The position numbers and the translations under genes were made by a program. A model generated the notes under the pieces. That model had not been told where the DNA came from and did not search any database. It worked only from the letters and a program-made list of their open reading frames with translations. A stretch of DNA of 64,000 nt from an uncultured Syntrophaceae bacterium (lineage in GTDB: Bacteria; Desulfobacterota; Syntrophia; Syntrophales; PHBD01). How positions within the stretch are numbered: the first letter of the stretch is position 1; the number at the start of each line of letters is the position of its first letter. Shown here piece by piece: positions 35,915-44,575 of this stretch. The stretch lies in the NCBI GenBank assembly GCA_964578535.1, contig CAZODI010000002.1, positions 12,177-76,176 of the forward strand, written 5' to 3'.

Positions 35915-36913
35915 ATGCAGACCATCAGCTCCCTCCTCGACAGCGACTGGTACGAGCGATACCGGCGGATCTCACATCTGAACATCCGGAGCTCCATTTA
36001 TGATGTGACAAACCGGTGCAACCTGCGCTGCAAGGGGTGTTTTTTCTTTTCTTCCGGGGAACACGAGGCGGCAAAGGACGAGGAAGATATCCACCGATGG
36101 GAGTCTTTCATCGACCGGGAGAAGGCCCGGGGCGTGAATATGGCCATCCTGATCGGCGGCGAGCCTACCCTCTTCCTGGACCGGGTGGAGGCTTTCTATC
36201 GGCGGCTCCCGACCTACTGTGCCACCAACGGCCTGATCCGCGTGCCCCGGGACCGCTTCCCCGGAATGCTGGTGGGAATCTCCCTCTGGGGGGACGAAGA
36301 GGACGAGAAGGCCCTCCGGGGACGGGACGTCTTCAGCGTTTCGCGCAAAAATTACGAGGGGGACAGCCACACCTATTACCTGTACACCATCACCCCGAAG
36401 CAGATCGGCCGGACGGAGAAGATCATCCGGAAGATCGCCGACGCGGGGCTGAAGGTACACATGCAGCTCCTCACCAACGACGAGCAGGTGGAGGGCTTCC
36501 ACTGGACCCCGGAGGCCCTGCGGGACGTCCGTGCGGAGATGGACGCAATGCTGGACCGGTATCCCCGGACGGTCATTTCCTGCCGGTACTATCACGAGAT
36601 CATCTGCACGGGAAGGATGATGGGCCGCCCCTTCGGATGGGGCGAGTGCCCCTCCGTGACGGAGCCCCTGGACAACCGGGATCCGAAGCCGAAACGGCTC
36701 ATCCGTTTCATCCGCTGGGCCGCGGATCTCCAGACGATGCACCGCTGCTGCACCAGCGCCACCCGGGATTGCTCCATCTGCAAGGACGGGGCCGCCCACA
36801 TGAGCTGGGTCATGGTGAACAAGCGCGAGCACCTGCGCTCGGCCGGGGATCTGAAGAACTGGATCGAGGTGTACGAGATGTTCGCCAAGCTCTACGGATT
36901 CATCCCCTGGTAA
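35915..36913 (+). CDS. radical SAM protein (non-B12; paralog of 34143..35237)
   Basis: YDVTNRCNLRCKGCFF and IGGEPTLF are present. The C-terminal RCCTSATRDCSICKDGAA aligns with its paralog. Confidence 0.8.
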   Translation: MQTISSLLDSDWYERYRRISHLNIRSSIYDVTNRCNLRCKGCFFFSSGEHEAAKDEEDIHRWESFIDREKARGVNMAILIGGEPTLFLDRVEAFYRRLPTYCATNGLIRVPRDRFPGMLVGISLWGDEEDEKALRGRDVFSVSRKNYEGDSHTYYLYTITPKQIGRTEKIIRKIADAGLKVHMQLLTNDEQVEGFHWTPEALRDVRAEMDAMLDRYPRTVISCRYYHEIICTGRMMGRPFGWGECPSVTEPLDNRDPKPKRLIRFIRWAADLQTMHRCCTSATRDCSICKDGAAHMSWVMVNKREHLRSAGDLKNWIEVYEMFAKLYGFIPW

Positions 36914-36950
36914 TGGCCCGCCGAACGCCTTTGTGAATCGTAAGGACGGA

Positions 36951-38204
36951 ATGCACCCCGATCAACAACCCGTCATTCTCGGATACGATGCCGTTTCCCC
37001 CCTGGGCGTGGAGTGGGAGGACCAGTGGCGGCGCGCCGCCGGAGGTGACAGCGGCGTCGGTCCCCTGACGCGCTTTCCCCTCCGGGAGGGGTTTCCCGTC
37101 CGGGTGGCCGGCCAGGTGGACGAGTTCGACGAAACCCCCTATCCCTTTCTGAAGCCGCGGGAGATGGCCCACTGGACGTCGCCGATTTTCCGGCATGCCC
37201 TCCTTGTGGTCCACCGGGCGCTCCGCCGGGCGGGTGTGGAGATCACCGGGGAGCTGGCGCCCCGTGTGGCGGTCACCTTCAGCACCGCCGTGGGCGGGCT
37301 CGACGCCGTCATTTCCGCCGACCGCCTCCTCGTATCGGAGGGACGGCTGCCCCATCCCTTCACGAACGCCAATTCCTGCGTCAACATGGTAGGCGGAAAG
37401 GTGTCCATCCTGACGGGGGCCACGGGTCCCATCTGCTCCCCCATCACGGCCTGTGCGACCGGATCCTCCTCCCTCATCCTGGGGGCGATGTTCCTTCGGC
37501 AGGGTATGGCCGATGCAGCGATTTGCGGGGCCGTGGATTTTTCCCTGGTCGAGCCCATCGTCGCCGGCTTCGCCACGATGAACGGGGCCTATCGCCCCAA
37601 GGAGGGCCGGCCGGAGGAGGATCCCCGCGCCGTTAGCCGTCCCTTTTCCCGGAATCGCCGGGGATTCGTCATCTCCGAGGGGGCCGGATGCTTCATCTTG
37701 GCCACAAAGGACTTCGCCCGCGCCCATGGAATTCCCTGGCGGATCGAGGTGGCCGGCTGGGGAATGACCTCCGACGCCTACCACTTCGTGGCCCCCAAAA
37801 GGGAAACGATCCGGCGCTGCATGGCCGAGGCGATCGAGCATGCCGGCATCGCGCCCGGCGACGTGGACGCCGTGAACGCCCATGCCGCCTCGACGAGGGT
37901 GGGCGACAAGGTGGAGGCCGAGGCCCTGGGGGATCTTTTCGGAGACAGGATTCCCCCGGTGTCGGCCAACAAATCCCAGATCGGCCACGCCATGGGGGCC
38001 TCCAGCGCCATCGAGGCGCTCCTGGGCATCGAGGGGATGCTCCGGGACACGCTTCTGCCGACCATCAATTACGATCCGGACCCGGAGATCGTCCTGGACT
38101 GCGTCCCCGGGGAGGCCCGCCGTGCGGAGCAGGAGTTTCTCCTGAAGAACGCCTTCGGATTCGGCGGCTGCAACGCCTGCATCGTCTTCCGGAGGTCCGG
38201 ATAG
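36951..38204 (+). CDS. beta-ketoacyl-ACP synthase II-like (FabF family)
   Basis: ACATGSSS (Cys), NAHAASTRVGD (His), GHAMGASS (His) and FGFGGCNA are present. ATG 36951 follows AAGGA; the alternative is GTG 36933. Confidence 0.9.
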   Translation: MHPDQQPVILGYDAVSPLGVEWEDQWRRAAGGDSGVGPLTRFPLREGFPVRVAGQVDEFDETPYPFLKPREMAHWTSPIFRHALLVVHRALRRAGVEITGELAPRVAVTFSTAVGGLDAVISADRLLVSEGRLPHPFTNANSCVNMVGGKVSILTGATGPICSPITACATGSSSLILGAMFLRQGMADAAICGAVDFSLVEPIVAGFATMNGAYRPKEGRPEEDPRAVSRPFSRNRRGFVISEGAGCFILATKDFARAHGIPWRIEVAGWGMTSDAYHFVAPKRETIRRCMAEAIEHAGIAPGDVDAVNAHAASTRVGDKVEAEALGDLFGDRIPPVSANKSQIGHAMGASSAIEALLGIEGMLRDTLLPTINYDPDPEIVLDCVPGEARRAEQEFLLKNAFGFGGCNACIVFRRSG

Positions 38205-38205
38205 A

Positions 38206-39471
38206 ATGCGACCCCCGAGGAATAGACGCGTCTTTGTCGTCGGGTACGGCGCCGCCACGCCCCTGGGGGGAACCCTCGCCCGGACCTGGGAGCGGGCCGT
38301 TCGCGGCGAGGCGGGTTTCCGGACCATCACCCGCTGCCCGGTGGACGCCGCATCGAAGGTGGTCGGCGAGATCCCCGACTGGGACCCCCGGGCGTACCGC
38401 TTCGCCAGCGCCAAGGAGGTTTACAACTGGAACGCCGCCTTCGTGCTGCTCACCATGGCCCTCTGCAAAGATGCCCTCGAGGATGCGGGCCTGGCCATGG
38501 ATGCCGGGACGGCACCGCGGACGGCCTGCCTCGTCGGGTCGGCCCTCAACGGAACGGACGCCTTCCGGATCGCGTCGGAACAGCTCCGGGAGAGGGGGCC
38601 CCTTCGGGTGAGCCCCTATCTGCTGCCCAACCTCTGCGCCAACCTCCCTTCCGGCAAGGCGGGCATCCTCCTGGGTTTCACCGGCCCTGTTTTTTCCCCC
38701 CAGGGGGCCTGCGCGTCGGGAAACCACGCCATCGGCCTCGGGGCCCGGATGATCCGGGACGGGGACTGCGATTTCGTCCTTGCCGGAGGCGTGGACATGC
38801 CGATCCTGCCGGAGCTGGTGCACGGCTTCGAGAACATGAACGCCACCATCAGGATCGGCCCGAAGGACCGGGCATGGAACGATCCGTCCCAGGCCTCGCG
38901 GCCCTTCAGCCGCGACCGGCGGGGCTTCGTCCTGGCCGAGGGCGGGGCCGTCCTCGTCCTGGCGGCGGAGGATTGTCTCGGGTCGCATGGACTGGCGCCC
39001 CGGGCGGAGGTCCTCGGGGTGGGCTGGACCTCCGACGCCTTCCACTTCACGAACCCGCGGCAGGAGACCATTGTCCGGGCGATCCGGGAGGCCATCGAAG
39101 ACGGGGGGATCTCTCCGGCGGACGTGCAGTACGTCAACGCCCACGGGACATCCACGCCGAAAGGGGATGCCGCGGAAATCGCCTGCCTCCGGGAGGTTTT
39201 CGGCCGTCATCTGAATAACATGGCCGTGTCCTCCAACAAGTCCCAGATCGGGCATACCCTCGGGGCGGCGGCGGCCATCGAGGCGGTCCTCACCATCGAG
39301 GGCATGCGGCGCGGGGTGATCCTGCCCACGATCAACCACATTCCCGATCCGGCCCTGGAGGACGTGGACGTCGTCCCCAACGAGACGAGGAAGCAGGCCG
39401 TGGAGATCGCCCTGTCCAACGCCTTCGGGTTCGGCGGCACCAACTGCTGCATCCTTTTCCGGGGGGCATGA
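38206..39471 (+). CDS. beta-ketoacyl-ACP synthase II-like (FabF family)
   Basis: GACASGNHA (Cys), NAHGTSTPKGD (His), GHTLGAAA (His) and FGFGGTNC are present. Confidence 0.9.
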   Translation: MRPPRNRRVFVVGYGAATPLGGTLARTWERAVRGEAGFRTITRCPVDAASKVVGEIPDWDPRAYRFASAKEVYNWNAAFVLLTMALCKDALEDAGLAMDAGTAPRTACLVGSALNGTDAFRIASEQLRERGPLRVSPYLLPNLCANLPSGKAGILLGFTGPVFSPQGACASGNHAIGLGARMIRDGDCDFVLAGGVDMPILPELVHGFENMNATIRIGPKDRAWNDPSQASRPFSRDRRGFVLAEGGAVLVLAAEDCLGSHGLAPRAEVLGVGWTSDAFHFTNPRQETIVRAIREAIEDGGISPADVQYVNAHGTSTPKGDAAEIACLREVFGRHLNNMAVSSNKSQIGHTLGAAAAIEAVLTIEGMRRGVILPTINHIPDPALEDVDVVPNETRKQAVEIALSNAFGFGGTNCCILFRGA

Positions 39472-39482
39472 AGAGAAGAACG

Positions 39483-39503
39483 GCGCCGGGGCGGTCCCGG
39501 CGC
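39483..39503 (+). other. GC-rich intercistronic hairpin (8-bp stem GCGCCGGG/CCCGGCGC, 5-nt loop), no U-tract
   Basis: Read directly from the sequence. It begins 12 nt after the KS stop, inside the co-directional block. Confidence 0.3.
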
Positions 39504-39552
39504 AACCGTCGGGAGACAACGATGCGAATGATCGATCACGGAACAGCTTGAC

Positions 39553-40029
39553 ATGAAACCGAAACCCTTTCTCCCGGAAGCCCTCCCGGATGCCCGTTTC
39601 GTCCGGGACCGGACGACGGGTCAGGCCTGGCACCGCTGCTCCAACCGGACCCTGTACGCCGATACGGACCGCTCCGCCGTGGTCTACCACGCCAACTACC
39701 TCCGGTATTTCGAGATGGGCCGGGCGTCCCTGATGCGCGACGCCGCCTACCCGTACCGGGAAATCGAGGAGAGCGGCTTCGTCTATCCCATTATCGATCT
39801 CGCTGTGCAATTCTACCAGCCGCTGCGCTATGACGATCCCATGTGGATCCACACCCGGCCCGGCGAGCTGGAGCGGGTCCGCCTCCGGTTCGACTACGTC
39901 ATTACGCATGCCGAGACGGGGGTCCTGGTCTGCAGGGGCCACACCCGCCACTGTGCCCTGAACCGGTCGGGCAGGCCCGTGGCCGTGGACCCCAAGACGG
40001 TCCACCTCTGGAAGAGCTTCCCGCCATGA
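39553..40029 (+). CDS. YbgC/4HBT-type acyl-CoA/ACP thioesterase
   Basis: YADTDRSAVVYHANYLRYFEMGR is the 4HBT catalytic Asp region. 158 aa. Confidence 0.8.
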   Translation: MKPKPFLPEALPDARFVRDRTTGQAWHRCSNRTLYADTDRSAVVYHANYLRYFEMGRASLMRDAAYPYREIEESGFVYPIIDLAVQFYQPLRYDDPMWIHTRPGELERVRLRFDYVITHAETGVLVCRGHTRHCALNRSGRPVAVDPKTVHLWKSFPP

Positions 40030-40916
40030 CGGCGCGGGAAAGCGAAACCGTGAGGATTGCCGTCCCGGCCTGGCTGCGGGACCATTCCCTCGAGGGACGG
40101 ACGATCCTGCCCGCCGTGGAGATTCTGGAAATCCTCGCCGATTCCGTACAGGGCCGCTTTCCGGACACCGGCGTGCGGATCATGGAAGAGGTCCTGTTCC
40201 CCCGGTTTCTCGTCCTCGATCCAGGGGTGGCCGCCGTAGAGGTTCGGATCGAACGGCAGCCCCTCGAAGCCGGCCGCGTGAAGGCAGTCCTCGGGACGGC
40301 GGTCCGGTCCCGGTCGGGAGCCATCGGCCGGCTGGCCGTGCACGGGACGGCCGTCTTCGGAGGAGAAGCAGAGCCGGAAGCAAATCCGGAAGAGAACCCC
40401 ACCGTGTTGCGGACGGACCGGTTCACCGTTCCGGCCGGCCTGCTGTACCGGGATCTGGTCCCCTTTGGGCCGGCGTTTCGAAACGCCCGGGACCCCATCG
40501 AGATCTGGGAGGAGGGAGCCGAGGCCGTCCTGGAAGCCCCGGCGGGCGGTCATCCCCGGCTGCTGCTCGGATCCCCCTTCGTGCTGGACGCCGCCCTGCA
40601 CGTGGCCTGTGCCTGGTGCCAGCGTTACGGGGACACGGTTGCGCTCCCCGTCGGCTTCGCGAGCCGGAGGATCGTCCGGCCGGTTGCACCCGGCGAGTCC
40701 TGCCGGGTGAGGATGGATGCGAGAGGCGTTTCGGCAGGGGCGTTTTGTTTCGATCTCGTGATCCTGGACTCGGATCGCAGCCTGCGGGAGACCCTTCGGG
40801 GGGTGCGGATGCAGGATGTGAGCCGGGGGCGCCTGCGGCCGCCCGCCTGGATCCGGACCGGGCGGGACGGGGCATCCGGAGAGCCGGTGCCGGGAAGCGA
40901 AACGCCCCCCGCTTGA
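40026..40916 (+). CDS. free-standing polyketide-synthase-type dehydratase (double hotdog)
   Basis: The HxxxGxxxxP motif (HSLEGRTILP) is near the N-terminus and DxxxH (DAALH) is in the second half. The start overlaps the upstream stop in an ATGA. Confidence 0.65.
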   Translation: MTARESETVRIAVPAWLRDHSLEGRTILPAVEILEILADSVQGRFPDTGVRIMEEVLFPRFLVLDPGVAAVEVRIERQPLEAGRVKAVLGTAVRSRSGAIGRLAVHGTAVFGGEAEPEANPEENPTVLRTDRFTVPAGLLYRDLVPFGPAFRNARDPIEIWEEGAEAVLEAPAGGHPRLLLGSPFVLDAALHVACAWCQRYGDTVALPVGFASRRIVRPVAPGESCRVRMDARGVSAGAFCFDLVILDSDRSLRETLRGVRMQDVSRGRLRPPAWIRTGRDGASGEPVPGSETPPA

Positions 40917-41044
40917 CTTTTCGGGGAGGGGAACGATACAAGGGGCGGGAGGCGTGTGAAACAAACGCCGTTATCCCCTGCGGAGCGGTTCTTTCCGGCG
41001 GGCCCGGCGGATTCCGATTCCAGAAAGGTGCGTTGAACAGGAAT

Positions 41045-41344
41045 ATGACACGCGAGGCGATCGAAGCCGAAATCCGGCGGATTTTTCTTCAGGAGTTCGA
41101 GATCGAAGACCCGGCCATGGACGCGGATCTCCGGGAAGCCTACCAGTTCGACAGCATCGACGCCATCGAGCTGCTGGTGGAGATCGAGCGGTTCCTGGGC
41201 TCCGAGCTGACCATGGAGGAGAAAAAGAGGGCCATGGATATCCGCACGGTTCGCCAGATCTGCGCTTACGTGGAGGATCTCGCTCGGATCCGCCGTCCCG
41301 GCGGAGGCCGTCCCATCGGAGACTTATGCAAAGAAGGGTCGTAA
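41045..41344 (+). CDS. acyl carrier protein-like
   Basis: YQFDSIDAIELLVEIE is present. The 3' end overlaps the next KS start by 19 nt. Confidence 0.75.
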   Translation: MTREAIEAEIRRIFLQEFEIEDPAMDADLREAYQFDSIDAIELLVEIERFLGSELTMEEKKRAMDIRTVRQICAYVEDLARIRRPGGGRPIGDLCKEGS

Positions 41345-42561
41345 TCACAGCGGCATCCGCCATTACCCCGATCGGCCACGGCCGGGAGAATATCGTGCGG
41401 AGCCTCCGGCAGGGAGTCTCCGGCGTAAAGCCCCTCCGGCGGGACGATCTCCTGGCGCCCTTCATCCATTCCCAGGTCTTCGGCACCGTCGATTATCCCA
41501 TTCCCTTCGACTTCAAGCGGGTCAACCGGAAGACCATGGGCCCTGTCGGTTACTATGCCTGCCAGGTGGCAAAGGAGGTCCTGGAGGCCTCCGGCCTGGA
41601 GCAGGAATTCATCACCTCCGGCCGGCTGGGGGTGGCCTTCGGGTCCACCCACGGCAGCCCTACGGTACAGCGGGACATTTACCGGGTCTTCCACAGCGCC
41701 GACCGGGCGGGCGTCGCCTCCATCGGGGCGGTGGATTACCTGAAGTCGATGGTGCACACCACGGCGGTGAACATCACCAAGATGTTCGGCATCACCGGGC
41801 GCGTCATTGCCTCGTCGACCGCCTGCACCACCAGCAGCCAGTCCATCGGCTTCGGCTACGAGACGGTCCGGTACGGCATGCAGGACGCCATGCTCTGCGG
41901 TGGAGCCGATGAGTACGACACCACCACGGTGGCCGTCTTCGACAACCTTCTGGCCTGTTCCACCGGATTCAACGACGAGCCGCAGAGAACTCCCCGTCCT
42001 TTCGATGTCCGCCGGGACGGTCTTGTGGTCGGGGAAGGGGCGGGTGCGGTCCTCTTGGAGGAGTACGAGTCTGCACGCCGGCGGGGGGCTCCCATTCTGG
42101 CGGAAGTCGTCGGATTCGCCTGCAACAACAACGGAGGGGACCTGATCCTTCCGAATCTGGCCGGCATCCGGGAAACCCTGCGCCTGGCGCTCCGGGACGC
42201 CGGCATGACACCCGGCGAGATCGATCTCGTCAGTGCCCACGCGACGGCCACGAAGATGGGGGATATCATCGAGGCCCAGGCCATCTCCCAGGTATATGGA
42301 GACCACCCCCTCGTGACGGCCCTGAAGAGCTACATGGGGCATACCATGGCCTCCTGCGGGGTCATCGAAACGATCCTGGTCCTCTACATGATGCGGGATG
42401 GTTTCGTAGCGCCGACCCTGAACCTGGAAGAGGTGGACCCGAGGTGCGCCATGATCCGCCACGCCACATCACTCGCGGAGACCCCCGTCCGGACTGCCGC
42501 CGTCCAGAATTTTGCCTTCGGAGGGGTCAATACGGGCCTGATCCTCCGGAAGGATCCGTGA
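41326..42561 (+). CDS. beta-ketoacyl-ACP synthase (FabB/FabF family)
   Basis: RVVITAASAITPIG, STACTTSS (Cys), SAHATATKMGD (His), GHTMASCG (His) and FAFGGVN are present. Confidence 0.9.
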   Translation: MQRRVVITAASAITPIGHGRENIVRSLRQGVSGVKPLRRDDLLAPFIHSQVFGTVDYPIPFDFKRVNRKTMGPVGYYACQVAKEVLEASGLEQEFITSGRLGVAFGSTHGSPTVQRDIYRVFHSADRAGVASIGAVDYLKSMVHTTAVNITKMFGITGRVIASSTACTTSSQSIGFGYETVRYGMQDAMLCGGADEYDTTTVAVFDNLLACSTGFNDEPQRTPRPFDVRRDGLVVGEGAGAVLLEEYESARRRGAPILAEVVGFACNNNGGDLILPNLAGIRETLRLALRDAGMTPGEIDLVSAHATATKMGDIIEAQAISQVYGDHPLVTALKSYMGHTMASCGVIETILVLYMMRDGFVAPTLNLEEVDPRCAMIRHATSLAETPVRTAAVQNFAFGGVNTGLILRKDP

Positions 42562-42583
42562 TTCCGCCTCCCGGACGGTGCAG

Positions 42584-43441
42584 ATGAATCCGACGCGACC
42601 CACGATCCCCCGCCGCTCAGCATGCAGGTCGCTGATCGATCTCCCGGTGACGCTCCTCCTCTGGGTCTATTTCCTGGCGGGAACGCTGATTCTGCCGTTC
42701 TACGGTCTGTTGCGCCTGTTCTCGAACGACCGGGAGGCGTCCTTCCAGGGGATGAACAGCCGTTTCTACCGGGGATTCTTCCGGCTCGTCCAATGGCTGA
42801 TCCCCGGGCTTTCCCTCCGGATCGGAGAGGACGTCCGGGCGCTGCGCTCGGCGGTCATTGTCTCGAACCACCTGTCCTTTCTCGATCCGATCCTGCTGAT
42901 CTCCATTTTCGACCGACAGAAGACGATCGTCCGGAGCGATTTTTTCAACTATCCGATCTTCGGCTGGGTCCTGAAGACGGCGGGCTACCTCCCCTCCTCG
43001 GCAAACGGGGACCGCTTCTCGACCCTGCTGATCCAGCGAGTGGAAGACATGGACCGCTATCTTGCCACGGGAGGCAATCTCTTTATCTTTCCCGAGGGGA
43101 CGAGAAGCCGGAGCGGTCGCCGCCGGCCCTTCAGCCGGGGGGCCTTCCGCATCGCCGCCCGCTGCCGGGCGCCCCTCGGCGTGGTCCGGATCACGAATAC
43201 CCACCTGCTGTTTCCGCCGGACCGGTTTCTTTTTCGAACGGGTACCCGGGAGCCGGTGACCGTCGAGATGCTGGCGCTCCTGCGCCCCGACTGGGATGCA
43301 CCGGACTTTTCACTGAACGAGCTGATGGCCCGGGTGCAGGCCCTTTACGATGAGCGGGAGCAACGGGACGGGGAACGGGATCCGTCGCCGGCGGCCGGCC
43401 CCGGCGGAAAGCCGTCCGGAGGGGAGGCCGGGACACCGTGA
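42584..43441 (+). CDS. PlsC-like 1-acyl-sn-glycerol-3-phosphate (lysophospholipid) acyltransferase
   Basis: NHLSFLD (HX4D) and FPEGTRS motifs follow N-terminal TM helices. The start is either ATG 42584 or GTG 42578. Confidence 0.8.
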   Translation: MNPTRPTIPRRSACRSLIDLPVTLLLWVYFLAGTLILPFYGLLRLFSNDREASFQGMNSRFYRGFFRLVQWLIPGLSLRIGEDVRALRSAVIVSNHLSFLDPILLISIFDRQKTIVRSDFFNYPIFGWVLKTAGYLPSSANGDRFSTLLIQRVEDMDRYLATGGNLFIFPEGTRSRSGRRRPFSRGAFRIAARCRAPLGVVRITNTHLLFPPDRFLFRTGTREPVTVEMLALLRPDWDAPDFSLNELMARVQALYDEREQRDGERDPSPAAGPGGKPSGGEAGTP

Positions 43442-44043
43442 CGGAATGCCTGCTGGGGGCGGCCGTCGTCTATGTCGCCGCCTCGGTGAACTTCGCCATC
43501 CTCATCCTCACCGTCCTGGGGAAGGGGGATCCCCGGGGCCGCTTCAGCGGGAATGCGGGAACCACGAACGTATACCGCATGGCCGGCCCCTTCTGGGCGG
43601 CGGTGGTCCTGCTTCTGGACGTGGGACGGGCCGTGGCCGCGGCGGTCCTGGGCTCGATGCTTTTGCCTCCGAATCAGGTCCCCTGGCTGGGCCTGGCGCT
43701 GGTGGCGGGAAACCGTTTCCCCTGTTTCCACGGCTTCCGGGGCGGAAAGGGTGTGGCCGCCTACCTGGGTTTCGCGGGGGCCCTGGCCCCGTGGGCGGCG
43801 GCCCTGGCGGCGGCGCTGTGGCTGGTTGTCTTCTCGGTCGTCCGGGTGCCCTTCGTGGCCTCCTTCTACATGATCGCCGCCCTCGCGGCGGGAGAGGGAC
43901 TGGCTTCCGGGGCATCGGCAGGCGCCGCCGCAGCGGTGACGGCAACGGTCCTTTTGATTCTGGCGGGCCACTGGCGGAACATCCGGGAGATCGGGAAAGG
44001 GAAGAAGACGGGTGCCTCCGTGATCGAATCGGGGGCCGGATGA
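43438..44043 (+). CDS. plsY: PlsY-like glycerol-3-phosphate acyltransferase (acyl-phosphate dependent family), divergent
   Basis: SGNAGTTNV and FRGGKGVA motifs are present, with HWRNIREI near the C-terminus. The His of the usual GH..P motif reads GNRFP here. The GTG start overlaps the PlsC-like stop (GTGA). Confidence 0.75.
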   Translation: MTECLLGAAVVYVAASVNFAILILTVLGKGDPRGRFSGNAGTTNVYRMAGPFWAAVVLLLDVGRAVAAAVLGSMLLPPNQVPWLGLALVAGNRFPCFHGFRGGKGVAAYLGFAGALAPWAAALAAALWLVVFSVVRVPFVASFYMIAALAAGEGLASGASAGAAAAVTATVLLILAGHWRNIREIGKGKKTGASVIESGAG

Positions 44044-44056
44044 CAGGAGATGCACG

Positions 44057-44575
44057 ATGAAAAAAGGGGAAGTACCGCAGGACGATATCCGCCATTTCCG
44101 GACCGCCCGCAAGGCGGCCTATGCCGTGGACGAGGAGGGGCATTACACGACCGTTCCGACCACCGGCTGGGACGTGGAGGAGGTCATCCTGTACCAGGCC
44201 ATCGGGGAGTTCGAGGAGCAGGCGGAGGCCTGCCGGCAGCGCGTCCTCCGAGGGGAAGACTCGCCCATTGCCTTTTTCATGTACAAGCGCTGCATGGATC
44301 CCACGGTCCTGGCCCAGGCCATGGGCCTGCCGAAATGGAGGGTCAAGCGTCACCTGAAGGGGAAGGTCTTCGCCCGGATGGGGGAGGAGATGCGGAAGGA
44401 ATATGCCAGGATCCTGCGGGTTCCCCCGGACGCCCTCGCGCCGTTTCGTCCCGAGGTGCTGGAGGGGGAGACCTACGAGCTGCCCCCCGGACTCTCCACG
44501 GAGGACCGGGAGGCCGGAAGAATCCCCGGGCCCAAATCGGAAGACGGAAAAACGAATGGAAGGAGCGCTTCTTGA
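44057..44575 (+). CDS. hypothetical protein (possible HTH segment)
   Basis: 172-aa ORF translationally coupled to its neighbours. The DPTVLAQAMGLPKWRVKRHLKG stretch looks HTH-like. No family is recognised. Confidence 0.45.
   Translation: MKKGEVPQDDIRHFRTARKAAYAVDEEGHYTTVPTTGWDVEEVILYQAIGEFEEQAEACRQRVLRGEDSPIAFFMYKRCMDPTVLAQAMGLPKWRVKRHLKGKVFARMGEEMRKEYARILRVPPDALAPFRPEVLEGETYELPPGLSTEDREAGRIPGPKSEDGKTNGRSAS

Noticed and set aside
38065-40005. 646-aa ORF on the minus strand
   Set aside because: It is antisense to a ketosynthase and a thioesterase that carry clear catalytic motifs.
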